Numbered from the stretch's first letter, positions 20,938 through 31,329 are shown. The stretch is DNA of 54,031 nt from a virus (IMGVR_UViG_3300021180_000001:1-54031), one strand, 5' to 3'. Notes: generated by a model not told the origin, from the letters alone. Numbers and translations are program-made.

Positions 20938-20953
20938 TGTGCCACGTGGAACA
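20938..20953. promoter_or_regulatory. Chromosomal-type parS site (1 mismatch)
   Basis: TGTGCCACGTGGAACA versus the palindromic parS TGTTCCACGTGGAACA; intergenic. Confidence 0.65.
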
Positions 20954-20967
20954 ATATTGCATGGAAA

Positions 20968-21210
20968 ATGGGAAATCAAATCATGATATTACCTGAAAAT
21001 GTGACATTAAGAATGTGGGCAGGTTCTTTAATTATTGATTTTCCCGAAGATGATATTCCAATTTTAATTGATGAAAAGGACTGGAAGGAATGGGGAAATT
21101 TTTTGATTGAATCGACAAGTTTTATTCAAAACAATGCTCCCAGTACAGCTATTTACCAGGATTGGAAGGAATGGGCAAGTGCTGTTTACTTTACCATGAA
21201 TGACCTATGA
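20968..21210 (+). CDS. Conserved hypothetical protein (start possibly 20983)
   Basis: Two DWKEW motifs. Confidence 0.65.
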   Translation: MGNQIMILPENVTLRMWAGSLIIDFPEDDIPILIDEKDWKEWGNFLIESTSFIQNNAPSTAIYQDWKEWASAVYFTMNDL

Positions 21211-21256
21211 TTAATTTGATGATAAAATAGTTTTATGTTTAGAGTGAGGTATTAAT

Positions 21257-23158
21257 ATGTTTACGAGAAATCAATACGGAATGCCGGCTCCCATGAGTCC
21301 AGCACCAAATTCAACTTGGCCTCCATTGTTTCCTAATATGACTACTCCCCAAGTAACACCTGGAGGTGGTTTTCCAAACTACAATCAGGCTCAAGCTCAA
21401 TTTGCAGGGGGAGGCAGAGTATCTCATGGGCATCATGCAAAAACCCTTCGAGATTTAGCAGATTTACTAGAAATGTCGGGGGAAGGTCGAGATACGATTT
21501 TAGCTCATATTAATCCTGAAGAAGCTGAAGAGTTATCAGAAACACATGGTGGAGATATTAATCCTTATACAGGACTGCCACAGTTTGGGTTTTGGGATGA
21601 TATAGGTAGAGGATTGGCTCAGCGAGGATTAGGCGCTCTAGATACAGGTATTCAGGCTGGTTTTAGACGTGGATTGCCTATGCTTGGAAAAGGGGCTGGA
21701 ACTTTATTAGGTGGTGCAATTGCAGCTCCTACTGGTATGACATCAGTTCCAAGAACATTAGGCTCATTAGGTGAAGGTGCCGGTAGAAGTGCTGGGGAAG
21801 CTTTGAGTGGTTGGTATGGAGGCACAGGTGGATTAAGAGGATTAGTAACACCCCATTTAGATGTTATGGCTCAGGCGGGAGGTCCTAATAGACAAACTCT
21901 AGGGACATTCGGTCAAGGTATTAAAAGAGATGTTAGAGCTGGAATAGGTGGTCTTGGTCAAAGAGGTCTTGGTGCTGCTGATACGAGAATTGGTTCTCTT
22001 ATTCCTAGGGCAGCTTCATCTTTGGGTTCAAGAATTGGTAGTTATTTTGGTGGTAGAGGTTCTGAAGTTGGACGAAATGTAGGCAGTCAATTAGGTGAAT
22101 ATGCCGGAAAACAATTTGGGGAAAGAGGCGGACTAAGTTCAACTTTTGGTCCTAAAATTGGAACTCATTTTGGATTAAACCCTATGACTGGTAGTGGTCC
22201 AGGAGAGCCAATACTTGGTGAAGAAATGCAACAGCAAGTTCCTGCTATGGCAAGAGGAGGGCGTGTTACACATTACCCTTTTACTGATGCGTCTCATCCA
22301 TTTAATGAAGAAGCTGAAATGTTGAGACGCCATGGTCAAGACGAAGATATGATTCTTGCTCATATTAATCCTGAAGAAGCAATGGAGTTAGATGAAGAGT
22401 ATGGAAGTGATATTAATCCGGAAACAGGATTACCACAGTTTGGGTTCTTAAAGAAGTTAGAGAAAGGATTAAGGCCATTATTAAAAATGGCTATCCCTGC
22501 TGCTGTTGGTATGGGGACTGGTATGTTTTTGCCCAATATTTTTGGTAATGTTGGGAAACAACAATCAAGAGATGTTGCTTATGAAGATTTTTTGAAACAA
22601 CAACAAAAGGAAAAAAATCCGGAACCTGGATTTTTAGATAAGTTAGCACAAGAATTTGGAGGTTATGGAAATCTTGGGTTATTAGGAGTATCTGGTCTTG
22701 GTGCTCTAATGAGACGAGAAAGGATACCACATGAACCTTCTTTTGCAGAAATGGTTGAGGCTAATAAACCTAAATGGGGTCCTGAGCATCAATATAAAAA
22801 GGCAAAACCTTTTAAATTAACAAGAAAGGAACTTAGAAAAGGCTATAAGGCCGGATATGAGCCAGAAGAGGAATTCTTTGAAGGCTTTAATCCAGAAGTT
22901 GAATATTATGCAGACGGTGGATATTTAGAAGGTGGCTCAGGCGGTCAAGACGATAATATTGATGCTAAATTATCACCTGGTGAATATGTAATGGATGCAA
23001 CTACTGTTTCTTTGTTAGGAGATGGAAATAATAAGGCAGGCGCTAAAAAGTTTGATTTATTCAGGAAGGAACTTAGGTCCCATAAAGGCGTCAATAAGTT
23101 TTTACCGCCTAAGTCTAGGCCAATTGGGTCATATTTGAAAATGGGAGGTAGAATATAA
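21257..23158 (+). CDS. Internal virion / DNA ejection protein
   Basis: Duplicated ILAHINPEEA...INP-TGLPQFGF domain; Gly-rich region; C-terminal DDNIDAKLSPGEYV. Confidence 0.7.
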   Translation: MFTRNQYGMPAPMSPAPNSTWPPLFPNMTTPQVTPGGGFPNYNQAQAQFAGGGRVSHGHHAKTLRDLADLLEMSGEGRDTILAHINPEEAEELSETHGGDINPYTGLPQFGFWDDIGRGLAQRGLGALDTGIQAGFRRGLPMLGKGAGTLLGGAIAAPTGMTSVPRTLGSLGEGAGRSAGEALSGWYGGTGGLRGLVTPHLDVMAQAGGPNRQTLGTFGQGIKRDVRAGIGGLGQRGLGAADTRIGSLIPRAASSLGSRIGSYFGGRGSEVGRNVGSQLGEYAGKQFGERGGLSSTFGPKIGTHFGLNPMTGSGPGEPILGEEMQQQVPAMARGGRVTHYPFTDASHPFNEEAEMLRRHGQDEDMILAHINPEEAMELDEEYGSDINPETGLPQFGFLKKLEKGLRPLLKMAIPAAVGMGTGMFLPNIFGNVGKQQSRDVAYEDFLKQQQKEKNPEPGFLDKLAQEFGGYGNLGLLGVSGLGALMRRERIPHEPSFAEMVEANKPKWGPEHQYKKAKPFKLTRKELRKGYKAGYEPEEEFFEGFNPEVEYYADGGYLEGGSGGQDDNIDAKLSPGEYVMDATTVSLLGDGNNKAGAKKFDLFRKELRSHKGVNKFLPPKSRPIGSYLKMGGRI

Positions 23159-24051
23159 TGCCTTTAACAAGTGCTACTGAGTTTGCAGCCTTACCTCCAT
23201 GGCTTCAAGGAATTGTTCAGGAATTAGCTTCTAGATCAGAAGCTTTATCTAAGAGGCCTTATGAGAAGTATCCTTTAGAACGTTTAGCACCTCTCCCAGA
23301 AGATATTCTTCAAGCTCAGGCGCTTGGCAGAAGGTTAGGAGTTTCTCTTCCGAACATAGAAGCTTCGGAAGCTTTGACAAGAGGTGCTGCTCAAAATTTC
23401 CCTTCACAGGTTGAGACATATCTTGGTGCGGGTGCTCCTTTTCAGCAAAGAGTTCTAAATAGAATTGCAGAAGAAGGTGGTCGTGCCATGAACGAACAGA
23501 TAATGCCAGCCTTAGAAGCTACTTTTGTAGGTCTTGGTCAACATGGGTCTTCTAGGCACAGAGATTTAGCACAAAGAGCGGCAAGAGATTTACAAAATGA
23601 GATATCTGCAAGGCAAGCTGATGTTTTACTCAAAGGATATCAACAAGCAGGGCAATTATTTAATGCAGACCAATTAAGAGCTCTAGAAGCAGCTCGAGAA
23701 ATGTCTGGGCTTGGAACTCAGAGACAGGGCTCTCAATTAGCAGATATTGAAGCTTTAACTCAACAAGGTCGATATCAACAGCAACAGGAACAAGCATCTA
23801 GAGATGTTGCTTATGAAGATTTTTTAAGACGACAACAACATCCTCCTCAACTTCTTGCAGAGCATGCAGCTACTATTCATGGATTGCCTACGCCTATGCA
23901 AACAACATCATTTTCACAAACACCCGGAGCTCCACAAACAAATGTTATTGGTAATTTAGGTAGTTTGGCGGGTCAAATATTGAGTTCTAGGTTAGCATCA
24001 ACTGGTAGGAAAAGAGGTGGAAGTATTAGAAGACGTTATAGGAATTTTTAA
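23158..24051 (+). CDS. Internal virion / ejection protein
   Basis: Q/A-rich helical; GQHGSSRH; YEDFLRRQQHP; coupled junctions. Confidence 0.65.
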   Translation: MPLTSATEFAALPPWLQGIVQELASRSEALSKRPYEKYPLERLAPLPEDILQAQALGRRLGVSLPNIEASEALTRGAAQNFPSQVETYLGAGAPFQQRVLNRIAEEGGRAMNEQIMPALEATFVGLGQHGSSRHRDLAQRAARDLQNEISARQADVLLKGYQQAGQLFNADQLRALEAAREMSGLGTQRQGSQLADIEALTQQGRYQQQQEQASRDVAYEDFLRRQQHPPQLLAEHAATIHGLPTPMQTTSFSQTPGAPQTNVIGNLGSLAGQILSSRLASTGRKRGGSIRRRYRNF

Positions 24052-24881
24052 TGTTTCGTTATAAATTATTTCCTAATTCTCCAATTTATTTTAATGCGCT
24101 TCCTCCTGCACAATATTTTGGACCACAGGTTCCCTTCGTTAGAAATCCAGATGGAACTTATGAGCCTGCTCCAAAGCCTGAGCCTGTTTATCATCATCCA
24201 GCTCCAGCCCCGGCTCCTGCTCCACCTGTTCATATTCCGGCTCAGGATCCTGCTCCTGCTATTGTAGCAGCTCAGCCTCCAAGAACAGAAAATATTCCTC
24301 CAAGAAGCGGTAGAATACAGCCATTTATTAATCAAGTTATTGAATTAAGAAATAAGAGGAATAGAGAAAGTGCACATAAGTTTCCGCACGCACATCCATT
24401 AGATTTTACCAGTGCATTTAATTCAGCTTTACAAAGTGGTGTCATTACTGCTGAAGATGCGCCATTTATTATTGAAGATTTATATAATCAGGGATTGGTT
24501 AATTTTGGACTTCCTCAGACAGAATATCTTATGACAAAATATAAGAGAGCTCCTGGAGCTAGAAATGCTGTTCCTGAATTGGCTGCTAATCCTATGGCTG
24601 AAGCACAAAGACCAGTACCGGGAGCGCAAATGCAGCGACTAGCATCTCGCGAAATGAGACCGGCAGCGCCTATTCTTAATATTATTCAACAACAAGGTAA
24701 TGTGGATAGAAATATTATTCCACCTTATATTAGAGCATTGAGACAAGCTGCTGAAAATCCACCGATTGCAACTCAATATGTGAATAGAGGTCCAAATAGA
24801 AGAGAAAGAATGCAGCGTGTTATGCAACATTTAGATCCTACTGCTTATGCAGGAGAAATACCAGAGGAGGATGAAGAATGA
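24051..24881 (+). CDS. Pro-rich hypothetical protein in the ejection module
   Basis: PAPAPAP tract; coupled to both neighbours. Confidence 0.55.
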   Translation: MFRYKLFPNSPIYFNALPPAQYFGPQVPFVRNPDGTYEPAPKPEPVYHHPAPAPAPAPPVHIPAQDPAPAIVAAQPPRTENIPPRSGRIQPFINQVIELRNKRNRESAHKFPHAHPLDFTSAFNSALQSGVITAEDAPFIIEDLYNQGLVNFGLPQTEYLMTKYKRAPGARNAVPELAANPMAEAQRPVPGAQMQRLASREMRPAAPILNIIQQQGNVDRNIIPPYIRALRQAAENPPIATQYVNRGPNRRERMQRVMQHLDPTAYAGEIPEEDEE

Positions 24882-26098
24882 ATCCAGCTTTAATGGAAAT
24901 AGCAATGGCAAAACAACAGCAGCAACAGAATCAACCTCAGCAGAATATTAGTCCGATTGATTCTGGTGCGATGGCAGGAATGGAAGCCACAAAGAGATCT
25001 CTAGAAATGGATGAAGTTCAGAGGAAAAGAGCCTTAGGAAGAGCTATGTCCAGCTTTTTTACAAATCTTTCTAAACCAGGATATGGGCCTGGATTCTCGG
25101 GTGCTTTATCAGCAATGAATGCCTCATTTGAGCCAGGTTTAAGAACTTATCAAGATGAAGAAGAAAGAGCTATGCGCCTAAATGCAGCGGCACTTCAAAG
25201 GCAAGACACTCTTAGGAGAGAACAAGAGCAAGCATCGCATCTACAACAAAGACAACAAGAAGAAGCATTATATCGACAACAAAGAGAACAAGAAATGCAA
25301 AGAAGATATAATGAATCTATGGCTTTCAAGAGAAGGCAGCTTGAAGAGATGACTCCTTATCAAAAAGCCCATATTGATATTTTAAAGGGTAAATCAGAGG
25401 CTAAGAAGTCAAATATTAAAGACTTTGTTGATACTGCAACAGGCTCTCTAGATGTTTCTGAATATCCCATAATAGAGACTGTAAATCAGAAGAATATGTA
25501 TGCTAAAGACTTTAAATCTTGGAGTGAAGTTTCTAGAGATTTAGAGAGTATCAATAAAGATGTAGAAGAATTAAAAGAAATATCTCAAGGAAATTTATTT
25601 TCACCACTTGGGTCTGTTGCGGGTGAGGCTCCAAATATTGCAAAAGATTACTTAGCTAGATTAGGAACTGCTATTAGTCCAAGTAGTCCATCTGTCAAAA
25701 GGTTAAATAAAGAATCTATTGTCAGAAATAGATTAGTCTCTAAAATTTCTCAAATTGAACCTCTTTTGGAAAGGAGTTCAAAAGGTGGTGCTCCAGATGC
25801 TCAGCTTCTGAAGAGATTTCATGAATTGAAGGTTTATTTAGGCTCTAATCAGCCTATTAATGTTGTAGAGGATAAACTTAGAGAATTACTCAGGAAATCC
25901 CATGAAAATAAAGAAACTGCCCATTTGAGTCTTAAGTCAGGAAGACAAATTGACTTTTTACCTACCGAAGAAACTGCGAAAGAATCTCCGGATGAGCAGT
26001 CCTTAATTGGGAATGTTAGAAGTCAATATCCTGAATTTAAAAAGTTCACAGATGAACAGGTTTTAGAATGGGCATTGAGAAATAAAGGAAATAAATAA
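24878..26098 (+). CDS. Internal virion / ejection protein
   Basis: Q-rich coiled coil; position in module. Confidence 0.6.
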   Translation: MNPALMEIAMAKQQQQQNQPQQNISPIDSGAMAGMEATKRSLEMDEVQRKRALGRAMSSFFTNLSKPGYGPGFSGALSAMNASFEPGLRTYQDEEERAMRLNAAALQRQDTLRREQEQASHLQQRQQEEALYRQQREQEMQRRYNESMAFKRRQLEEMTPYQKAHIDILKGKSEAKKSNIKDFVDTATGSLDVSEYPIIETVNQKNMYAKDFKSWSEVSRDLESINKDVEELKEISQGNLFSPLGSVAGEAPNIAKDYLARLGTAISPSSPSVKRLNKESIVRNRLVSKISQIEPLLERSSKGGAPDAQLLKRFHELKVYLGSNQPINVVEDKLRELLRKSHENKETAHLSLKSGRQIDFLPTEETAKESPDEQSLIGNVRSQYPEFKKFTDEQVLEWALRNKGNK

Positions 26099-28353
26099 TG
26101 CACTATTTAGACGAAATGGATGAGATTGCTCAAAGAAAGGCTGGACAAACATCTGTTCCCGAATTTATTCCATCTTATCTCGAAGAAATGGATAAAATTG
26201 CTGCTAGTAAGCAGCCTATAGTTGATGAATTAGAAAATCCGGAAGAGTATACCTATACAGAGCGCGGCTTACAAGCATTGAGAGGAGCTGGAAAAACATA
26301 TGGAAGCCTTGCTGATGTTGCATCCCGGGGAATTTCAGCAGGTATGGAATTAACTAAAGGATTAGGAAAAAAGTTATTGGCAGAAAGACCAGAAGAGTTA
26401 GTTCAGAAAGAAAGAGGAATAGCAGAAGCTCAAGAACTATTTGCACATCCGACTTATGGAGAAACTATTCCTAGGGCAGTTGAAAAATTAGCTGGAAGAG
26501 AGTTAGAGCCAAAAGAAGGAGATATTATTGGAAAAATTTTAACTACAGCAGGAGAACTTGGAGCGCCTTTACCTATTCCTGGAGGAGCGCTCCTTAAGCC
26601 AGGTCTTAAAGGTTTAGCTATAAAAGCAGGCCGTGAAGTAGCAACGGCTGGAGGTGCTGCTGCAGCTCTTCATTTAACTCCTGAATTAGCTGAAGAAGGA
26701 ACAGTAGGAAGAGTAGGCGAAGATATCGTTAAAATAATGCTTGGTGGTCATTTAGGTAGTAAATTAGGTACAAAAGCTTCTAAAATTGCTAAAGATGTTG
26801 GGAATTTAGCTTCCCAAGGACGTTATAAAGATATTCTTATGAAACCAGTTGAAGCAATTACTGAAATCCCTATCAAAGGAGCTGCTAAAATCGCATCTTT
26901 AAAGGCAACTCCTAATGTAGAAACTCTTAATTTAGCTAAAAAACATGGAGTAGAAGTTCCATTCAATGTAGGAATGGGTAGTACTCCTTTAAATTTTATG
27001 AAGAATAATTTTTTGAAATCTATGTTTGTGTCAGATGCCTATAAAAAAGTCTTACGAGATGCAGATACCTCTATGATTAATAAAGTAAAGGAGTCTATCG
27101 ATACTTTAGGAACTTCAACTTTAAAGCCAAATGAAGCATCAGCAGAATATAGACATTTTTTAAAAGAAGATGAAAAAAGACTTATGAAGGAATCTAACAT
27201 TATTTATGATGAGGCTCAGAAATCTTTAAATCCTACAGATGTCGTTTTACCTAAAAACACCATTAATTCTATTGATTCTATGAAAGAATTATTAATGAGG
27301 GATATTCAATCTCCGGCAACCAAAAGAATCGCTGGTGTTATTGGAAATATTGCTCAATCTTGGGGAATATTACCATCTTCAAAGTCTTTAAAAGAACTTG
27401 AAGATAATCCTAAACTTATTGAAGGAGTATTATCTGCTTTTAAAAAACAACAACAACCTATTTCATTAGAGCGGTTAAATGGTGTTAGAAAAGAGCTTTA
27501 CAATATTATTGATTATGACCCAGGAGTAAGAGGAGTAGAAGCTTATCTTTCGAAATTAACTCGTGATATCACTAAAGACATAGAATCATCTTCCAATCAA
27601 GAATTTGTTTCGAAATGGAAAGAAGCTAATAAATTCTATCGAAATAACATAGCCTCCAGATTTAGAACTGACCTATCTAGGAGCATTATGACAGGTGAAA
27701 TACCTATTGAAGCTTTTAATAAAATGAATTCAGTTGAAAACATTAAAACATTAGAGAAAATAGCAGGAGAATCTCCAAAAGGAAAAGAGATATTTGATGC
27801 TCTCAAAAAAGCAAAAGTTAAAGAAATTATTGAGAAAACAGCACAACATGGTCTTGAAGAAGGCTCATTACGAACAGCTGCTTTTGCTAATCTTTTTGAA
27901 AAAGGAGAAAAAGGGCAAGAAATATTAAAAGAGCTTTTAGGAAGTACAGAATATAATAAATTAGCTGATATTGCTCATATTGCAAGAGAATTTTCAAAAT
28001 CTGGCTCTGAGCTTTTAAATACAAGCGGCACTGCTTTAGCCTCTGCAGATATTGGGAGAATTGATAAAATGGTTTCTCTTATATTAGGGACTGTATTTGG
28101 AGCTGGAATTGGGGCAGCAACTGGACCAGGCGCATTAATAGGTGCTGCTACAGGAATTGGGACCCCTTATCTTCTTTCTCGTCTTATAGTTAACCCTAAA
28201 TTTGTCAATCAGGCTCGGGCTTATGCCATTGCGCGCCAACAAGGAAAAGACAAATACGCTACAACTTTATTAAATAATCTTATCAAAATTGCTAAAGCAG
28301 AAGCTCCTCATATTGCAAAATATGAAGCCAATCAGATAGCTGAGGAAGAATGA
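26098..28353 (+). CDS. Large DNA ejection (transfer) protein
   Basis: 751 aa helical protein with Gly/Ala hydrophobic segments, as in podovirus ejection proteins. Confidence 0.65.
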   Translation: MHYLDEMDEIAQRKAGQTSVPEFIPSYLEEMDKIAASKQPIVDELENPEEYTYTERGLQALRGAGKTYGSLADVASRGISAGMELTKGLGKKLLAERPEELVQKERGIAEAQELFAHPTYGETIPRAVEKLAGRELEPKEGDIIGKILTTAGELGAPLPIPGGALLKPGLKGLAIKAGREVATAGGAAAALHLTPELAEEGTVGRVGEDIVKIMLGGHLGSKLGTKASKIAKDVGNLASQGRYKDILMKPVEAITEIPIKGAAKIASLKATPNVETLNLAKKHGVEVPFNVGMGSTPLNFMKNNFLKSMFVSDAYKKVLRDADTSMINKVKESIDTLGTSTLKPNEASAEYRHFLKEDEKRLMKESNIIYDEAQKSLNPTDVVLPKNTINSIDSMKELLMRDIQSPATKRIAGVIGNIAQSWGILPSSKSLKELEDNPKLIEGVLSAFKKQQQPISLERLNGVRKELYNIIDYDPGVRGVEAYLSKLTRDITKDIESSSNQEFVSKWKEANKFYRNNIASRFRTDLSRSIMTGEIPIEAFNKMNSVENIKTLEKIAGESPKGKEIFDALKKAKVKEIIEKTAQHGLEEGSLRTAAFANLFEKGEKGQEILKELLGSTEYNKLADIAHIAREFSKSGSELLNTSGTALASADIGRIDKMVSLILGTVFGAGIGAATGPGALIGAATGIGTPYLLSRLIVNPKFVNQARAYAIARQQGKDKYATTLLNNLIKIAKAEAPHIAKYEANQIAEEE

Positions 28354-28356
28354 TTT

Positions 28357-29643
28357 ATGACTACTTATACTAATATTTTTGGTGGAACAACTGTTCAAAC
28401 AGCCGATGTGAGCTATTTATCTATTGCTCTAAGTCAAAATACTACTTTGAGCTGGCCTACTCAATTTCAAGACACTAATCTAGTAGTTGCTCATATTTTA
28501 GATGTGGTTCCAACAGGAAATGGATTTAATTTAACATTACCAGACGCCACCCAAACTAGCGTGGGTCAAGATATATTAATTAATAATCCCTCTGCTTTTA
28601 CCTTTACTCTAAAAGCAAATGATGGAACTAATTTATTGTCTCCTGTTCCCGCTGGCTCTAGTAATTATTTTTATTTGATTGATAATACAACACAAGCAGG
28701 AACATGGAGAAATGTACCATTCGGGACAGGTGGGGCAGTTGTCACTTCTATAGCTGCTACTTCTGGTTCAACAGCTTTAACTATTACAGGCTCGCCTATA
28801 ACAAATGCTGGCACATTGGCATTTAATATTGTGGGTGATTTGGCTTCTATTAATGCGTTAGGAAGTACTGGATTGGGAGTAAGGACAGCCGCTCAAACAT
28901 GGGCTGTAAGAACTATTATAGGAAGTACAAATATAACTGTTAATAATGGAGATGGTGTTGCTGGAAACCCTCAAATTGTTTTAAACAATTCATTAACAAA
29001 TCTAACTCAAGTGACTATTGGAAATATTACTATTGGTTTTCCAAATGCTCAAACTATCACTACAACAGCAGGAAATCTTGAATTATTTGCATCAGGAACG
29101 AATCCTATACAATTATTATCATCTACCTGGATGGTAGGAGATGGTGTAAATGCGAGACCAATTTTATTTTTTAATGGTGCTAATACTTTTGCTACTGGAT
29201 TGATAGCAGGCGCTAATACTTCAACTGTTGTTTTTACATTACCTATTGCAGATGGAGTCGCTAATGCTTTAATGAAAACAGATGGCGGTCAAAATTTAGG
29301 GTTTACATCACAGTATACAACTAGTAAAGGCATATTGCAAAGTTTTATATCTTTTACTGGTATAGGTGCTGCAACTGTTGTTACTTCTTATAATGCTACT
29401 GTTGCAAGAGTTACTGGGGGAACCTATACTGTTACTTTTCCGGGAGGTATGTTTTCCAGTGGAACCAGTTATATATGGAATATTACGGCAGGACAAGGAG
29501 CTGCTGGCACAGGTGGTTTTATAGTTAATGCACCATCTACTGGAACTACTCCAACTTCTACAACTTTTACATTTACCGTAAATACGACTGCTGGAACTCC
29601 AACAGATGCTGAATTTGTTTCAGCCATGTTTATAGGAACATAA
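28357..29643 (+). CDS. Tail fibre/spike protein
   Basis: Thr/Gly-rich; ITGSPITNAGTL and NGDGVAGNP modules shared with 14976. Confidence 0.7.
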   Translation: MTTYTNIFGGTTVQTADVSYLSIALSQNTTLSWPTQFQDTNLVVAHILDVVPTGNGFNLTLPDATQTSVGQDILINNPSAFTFTLKANDGTNLLSPVPAGSSNYFYLIDNTTQAGTWRNVPFGTGGAVVTSIAATSGSTALTITGSPITNAGTLAFNIVGDLASINALGSTGLGVRTAAQTWAVRTIIGSTNITVNNGDGVAGNPQIVLNNSLTNLTQVTIGNITIGFPNAQTITTTAGNLELFASGTNPIQLLSSTWMVGDGVNARPILFFNGANTFATGLIAGANTSTVVFTLPIADGVANALMKTDGGQNLGFTSQYTTSKGILQSFISFTGIGAATVVTSYNATVARVTGGTYTVTFPGGMFSSGTSYIWNITAGQGAAGTGGFIVNAPSTGTTPTSTTFTFTVNTTAGTPTDAEFVSAMFIGT

Positions 29644-29647
29644 AATA

Positions 29648-30733
29648 TCAAAATAAATTTTTTATCTTCTCCTTATTTAAATCCAATGTCTTAGGGGAAG
29701 AATTATCCTGTGATAACTGTGGAGCAATTGTTCTAGAAAACATTAAAATTCTATTACTTTCTATTTTAGTAGAAAGCTCTTCATTGTTTTTTTCTGAAAG
29801 AGATAATTTTTGTTGTAAAAAATCAATATTTGAACATAATCTATTCATCTCATTCATTTGACTAGATATTTTATTGGAAAGATTTTTTACCATATCTTCT
29901 TTTTCTAAAATCGTATCTTTTAATAGATTGACTTGCAATTTTATTCTATTTTCTATCTCTATTCTTTCAGATTCAAAGGCATTTTTCATATTATTAATAG
30001 TATCTTGTAAATTTTTATTTTCATTTTGAATGTAAATGATTTTTCCAACTTCAATATCTAACTTACTTGCTAATAAATTGATAGCATTTTCTTTATCTTT
30101 GATTTGTGCTTTTAAATTTTCTACAATATTTATAAAATTATTTAAATCTCTTGTTTTATCTTTATTATCTTTTAAAAGCTCTTCCATCACAGAATTCATA
30201 GAGCCAACTTGCAAACGAGCAGAATTATCAGCATAAAGTAACTTTTCATTTAATTCCTTGTTGAAATTTATTAATTGTAGTATTTGAGTTTGAATTACCT
30301 TAAATTCATCAAAAAGTTGAGTATTAGCCAATAATTTTTCGCTCATTCTATTATTTAATAAATCCATTTCTCTTAATTTTGCTTCATTTTGTTGTAATTT
30401 TTCAAACCTAATAATATTTAATTCAATATCTTTTACTTTCAGTTTTTCTTCTAAATCAATAAGTGTTTGTTCTAAATCTAACACACGATTAGTACCTTCT
30501 AACAAAGAATCCTGAAGGATCTTTATTCTTTGCTGTTCTTCAGTATTCTTAATAATTAATTGTTCTTCTTCTGATGTCATTTTTTTATTTTTTTCATTAT
30601 CGACAATTTCATTTAAAATAAGCTCGAATTCTTGACTGCTCAAACTATCACTTTTTTCAGTCATTAGAGCATTATTATTTATATTGTTTAAACTACGATT
30701 GCTTTCTGCTCGCTTAATGATTCTATTAAACAT
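29648..30733 (-). CDS. Long coiled-coil protein
   Basis: 361 aa N/K/E/L-rich heptads; GGAGG RBS. Confidence 0.7.
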   Translation of the reverse strand: MFNRIIKRAESNRSLNNINNNALMTEKSDSLSSQEFELILNEIVDNEKNKKMTSEEEQLIIKNTEEQQRIKILQDSLLEGTNRVLDLEQTLIDLEEKLKVKDIELNIIRFEKLQQNEAKLREMDLLNNRMSEKLLANTQLFDEFKVIQTQILQLINFNKELNEKLLYADNSARLQVGSMNSVMEELLKDNKDKTRDLNNFINIVENLKAQIKDKENAINLLASKLDIEVGKIIYIQNENKNLQDTINNMKNAFESERIEIENRIKLQVNLLKDTILEKEDMVKNLSNKISSQMNEMNRLCSNIDFLQQKLSLSEKNNEELSTKIESNRILMFSRTIAPQLSQDNSSPKTLDLNKEKIKNLF

Positions 30734-30760
30734 AAATCCTCCTTAGGATATTATTCAACT

Positions 30761-30931
30761 TTATTCTTTCTTTATCTCTTCATCTGCTGTTTCATTTTCA
30801 TCAACATGTTGACTACTATCAGCCCTATTCTTCTGAGAAGAATTAATAGCGCTGGTAACTAACAAAGTAATACCACCAATAATAATAGCAAAATATATAA
30901 TTAAGTCTATAACCTTTATTCGCTTATTCAT
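30761..30931 (-). CDS. Small single-TM protein (56 aa, not in ORF track)
   Basis: MNKRIKVIDLIIYFAIIIGGITLLVTSAINSSQ...IKKE; AAGGA RBS. Confidence 0.6.
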   Translation of the reverse strand: MNKRIKVIDLIIYFAIIIGGITLLVTSAINSSQKNRADSSQHVDENETADEEIKKE

Positions 30932-31035
30932 GATAAGTTCCTTTATCTTATTACTAATATATCCTAATATATATTACATTAATCCAATAGTCAAATATTT
31001 TTAAAAATTAGACCAACAATTAAATATATAGCTTA

Positions 31036-31329
31036 TTAAACATCACGTCCTCGATAAGTATTAAGGATATTTTTTGCTTCCATTTTCAACTTTCCAGGCG
31101 CTATCTTTTGATAGGCAAGTTCTTTTTTGTCCATCTGTTCAGATATTTCCTTAGTATCTCCTATTAATTCGATTTCAAATCCCATTTTCCCGACCCATGG
31201 TAATTCATGAGTTTCTAATCTTCCCCGTCTCAAAAGATAAAATAATGCCTCTGACTTAGGACATCCAGGGTAAATGTGAGATTCACCATAAATAAATCTG
31301 GTTTTAAATATCATCTTTTTATCTTCCAT
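31036..31329 (-). CDS. Hypothetical protein
   Basis: GAGGAG RBS; 97 aa. Confidence 0.65.
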   Translation of the reverse strand: MEDKKMIFKTRFIYGESHIYPGCPKSEALFYLLRRGRLETHELPWVGKMGFEIELIGDTKEISEQMDKKELAYQKIAPGKLKMEAKNILNTYRGRDV

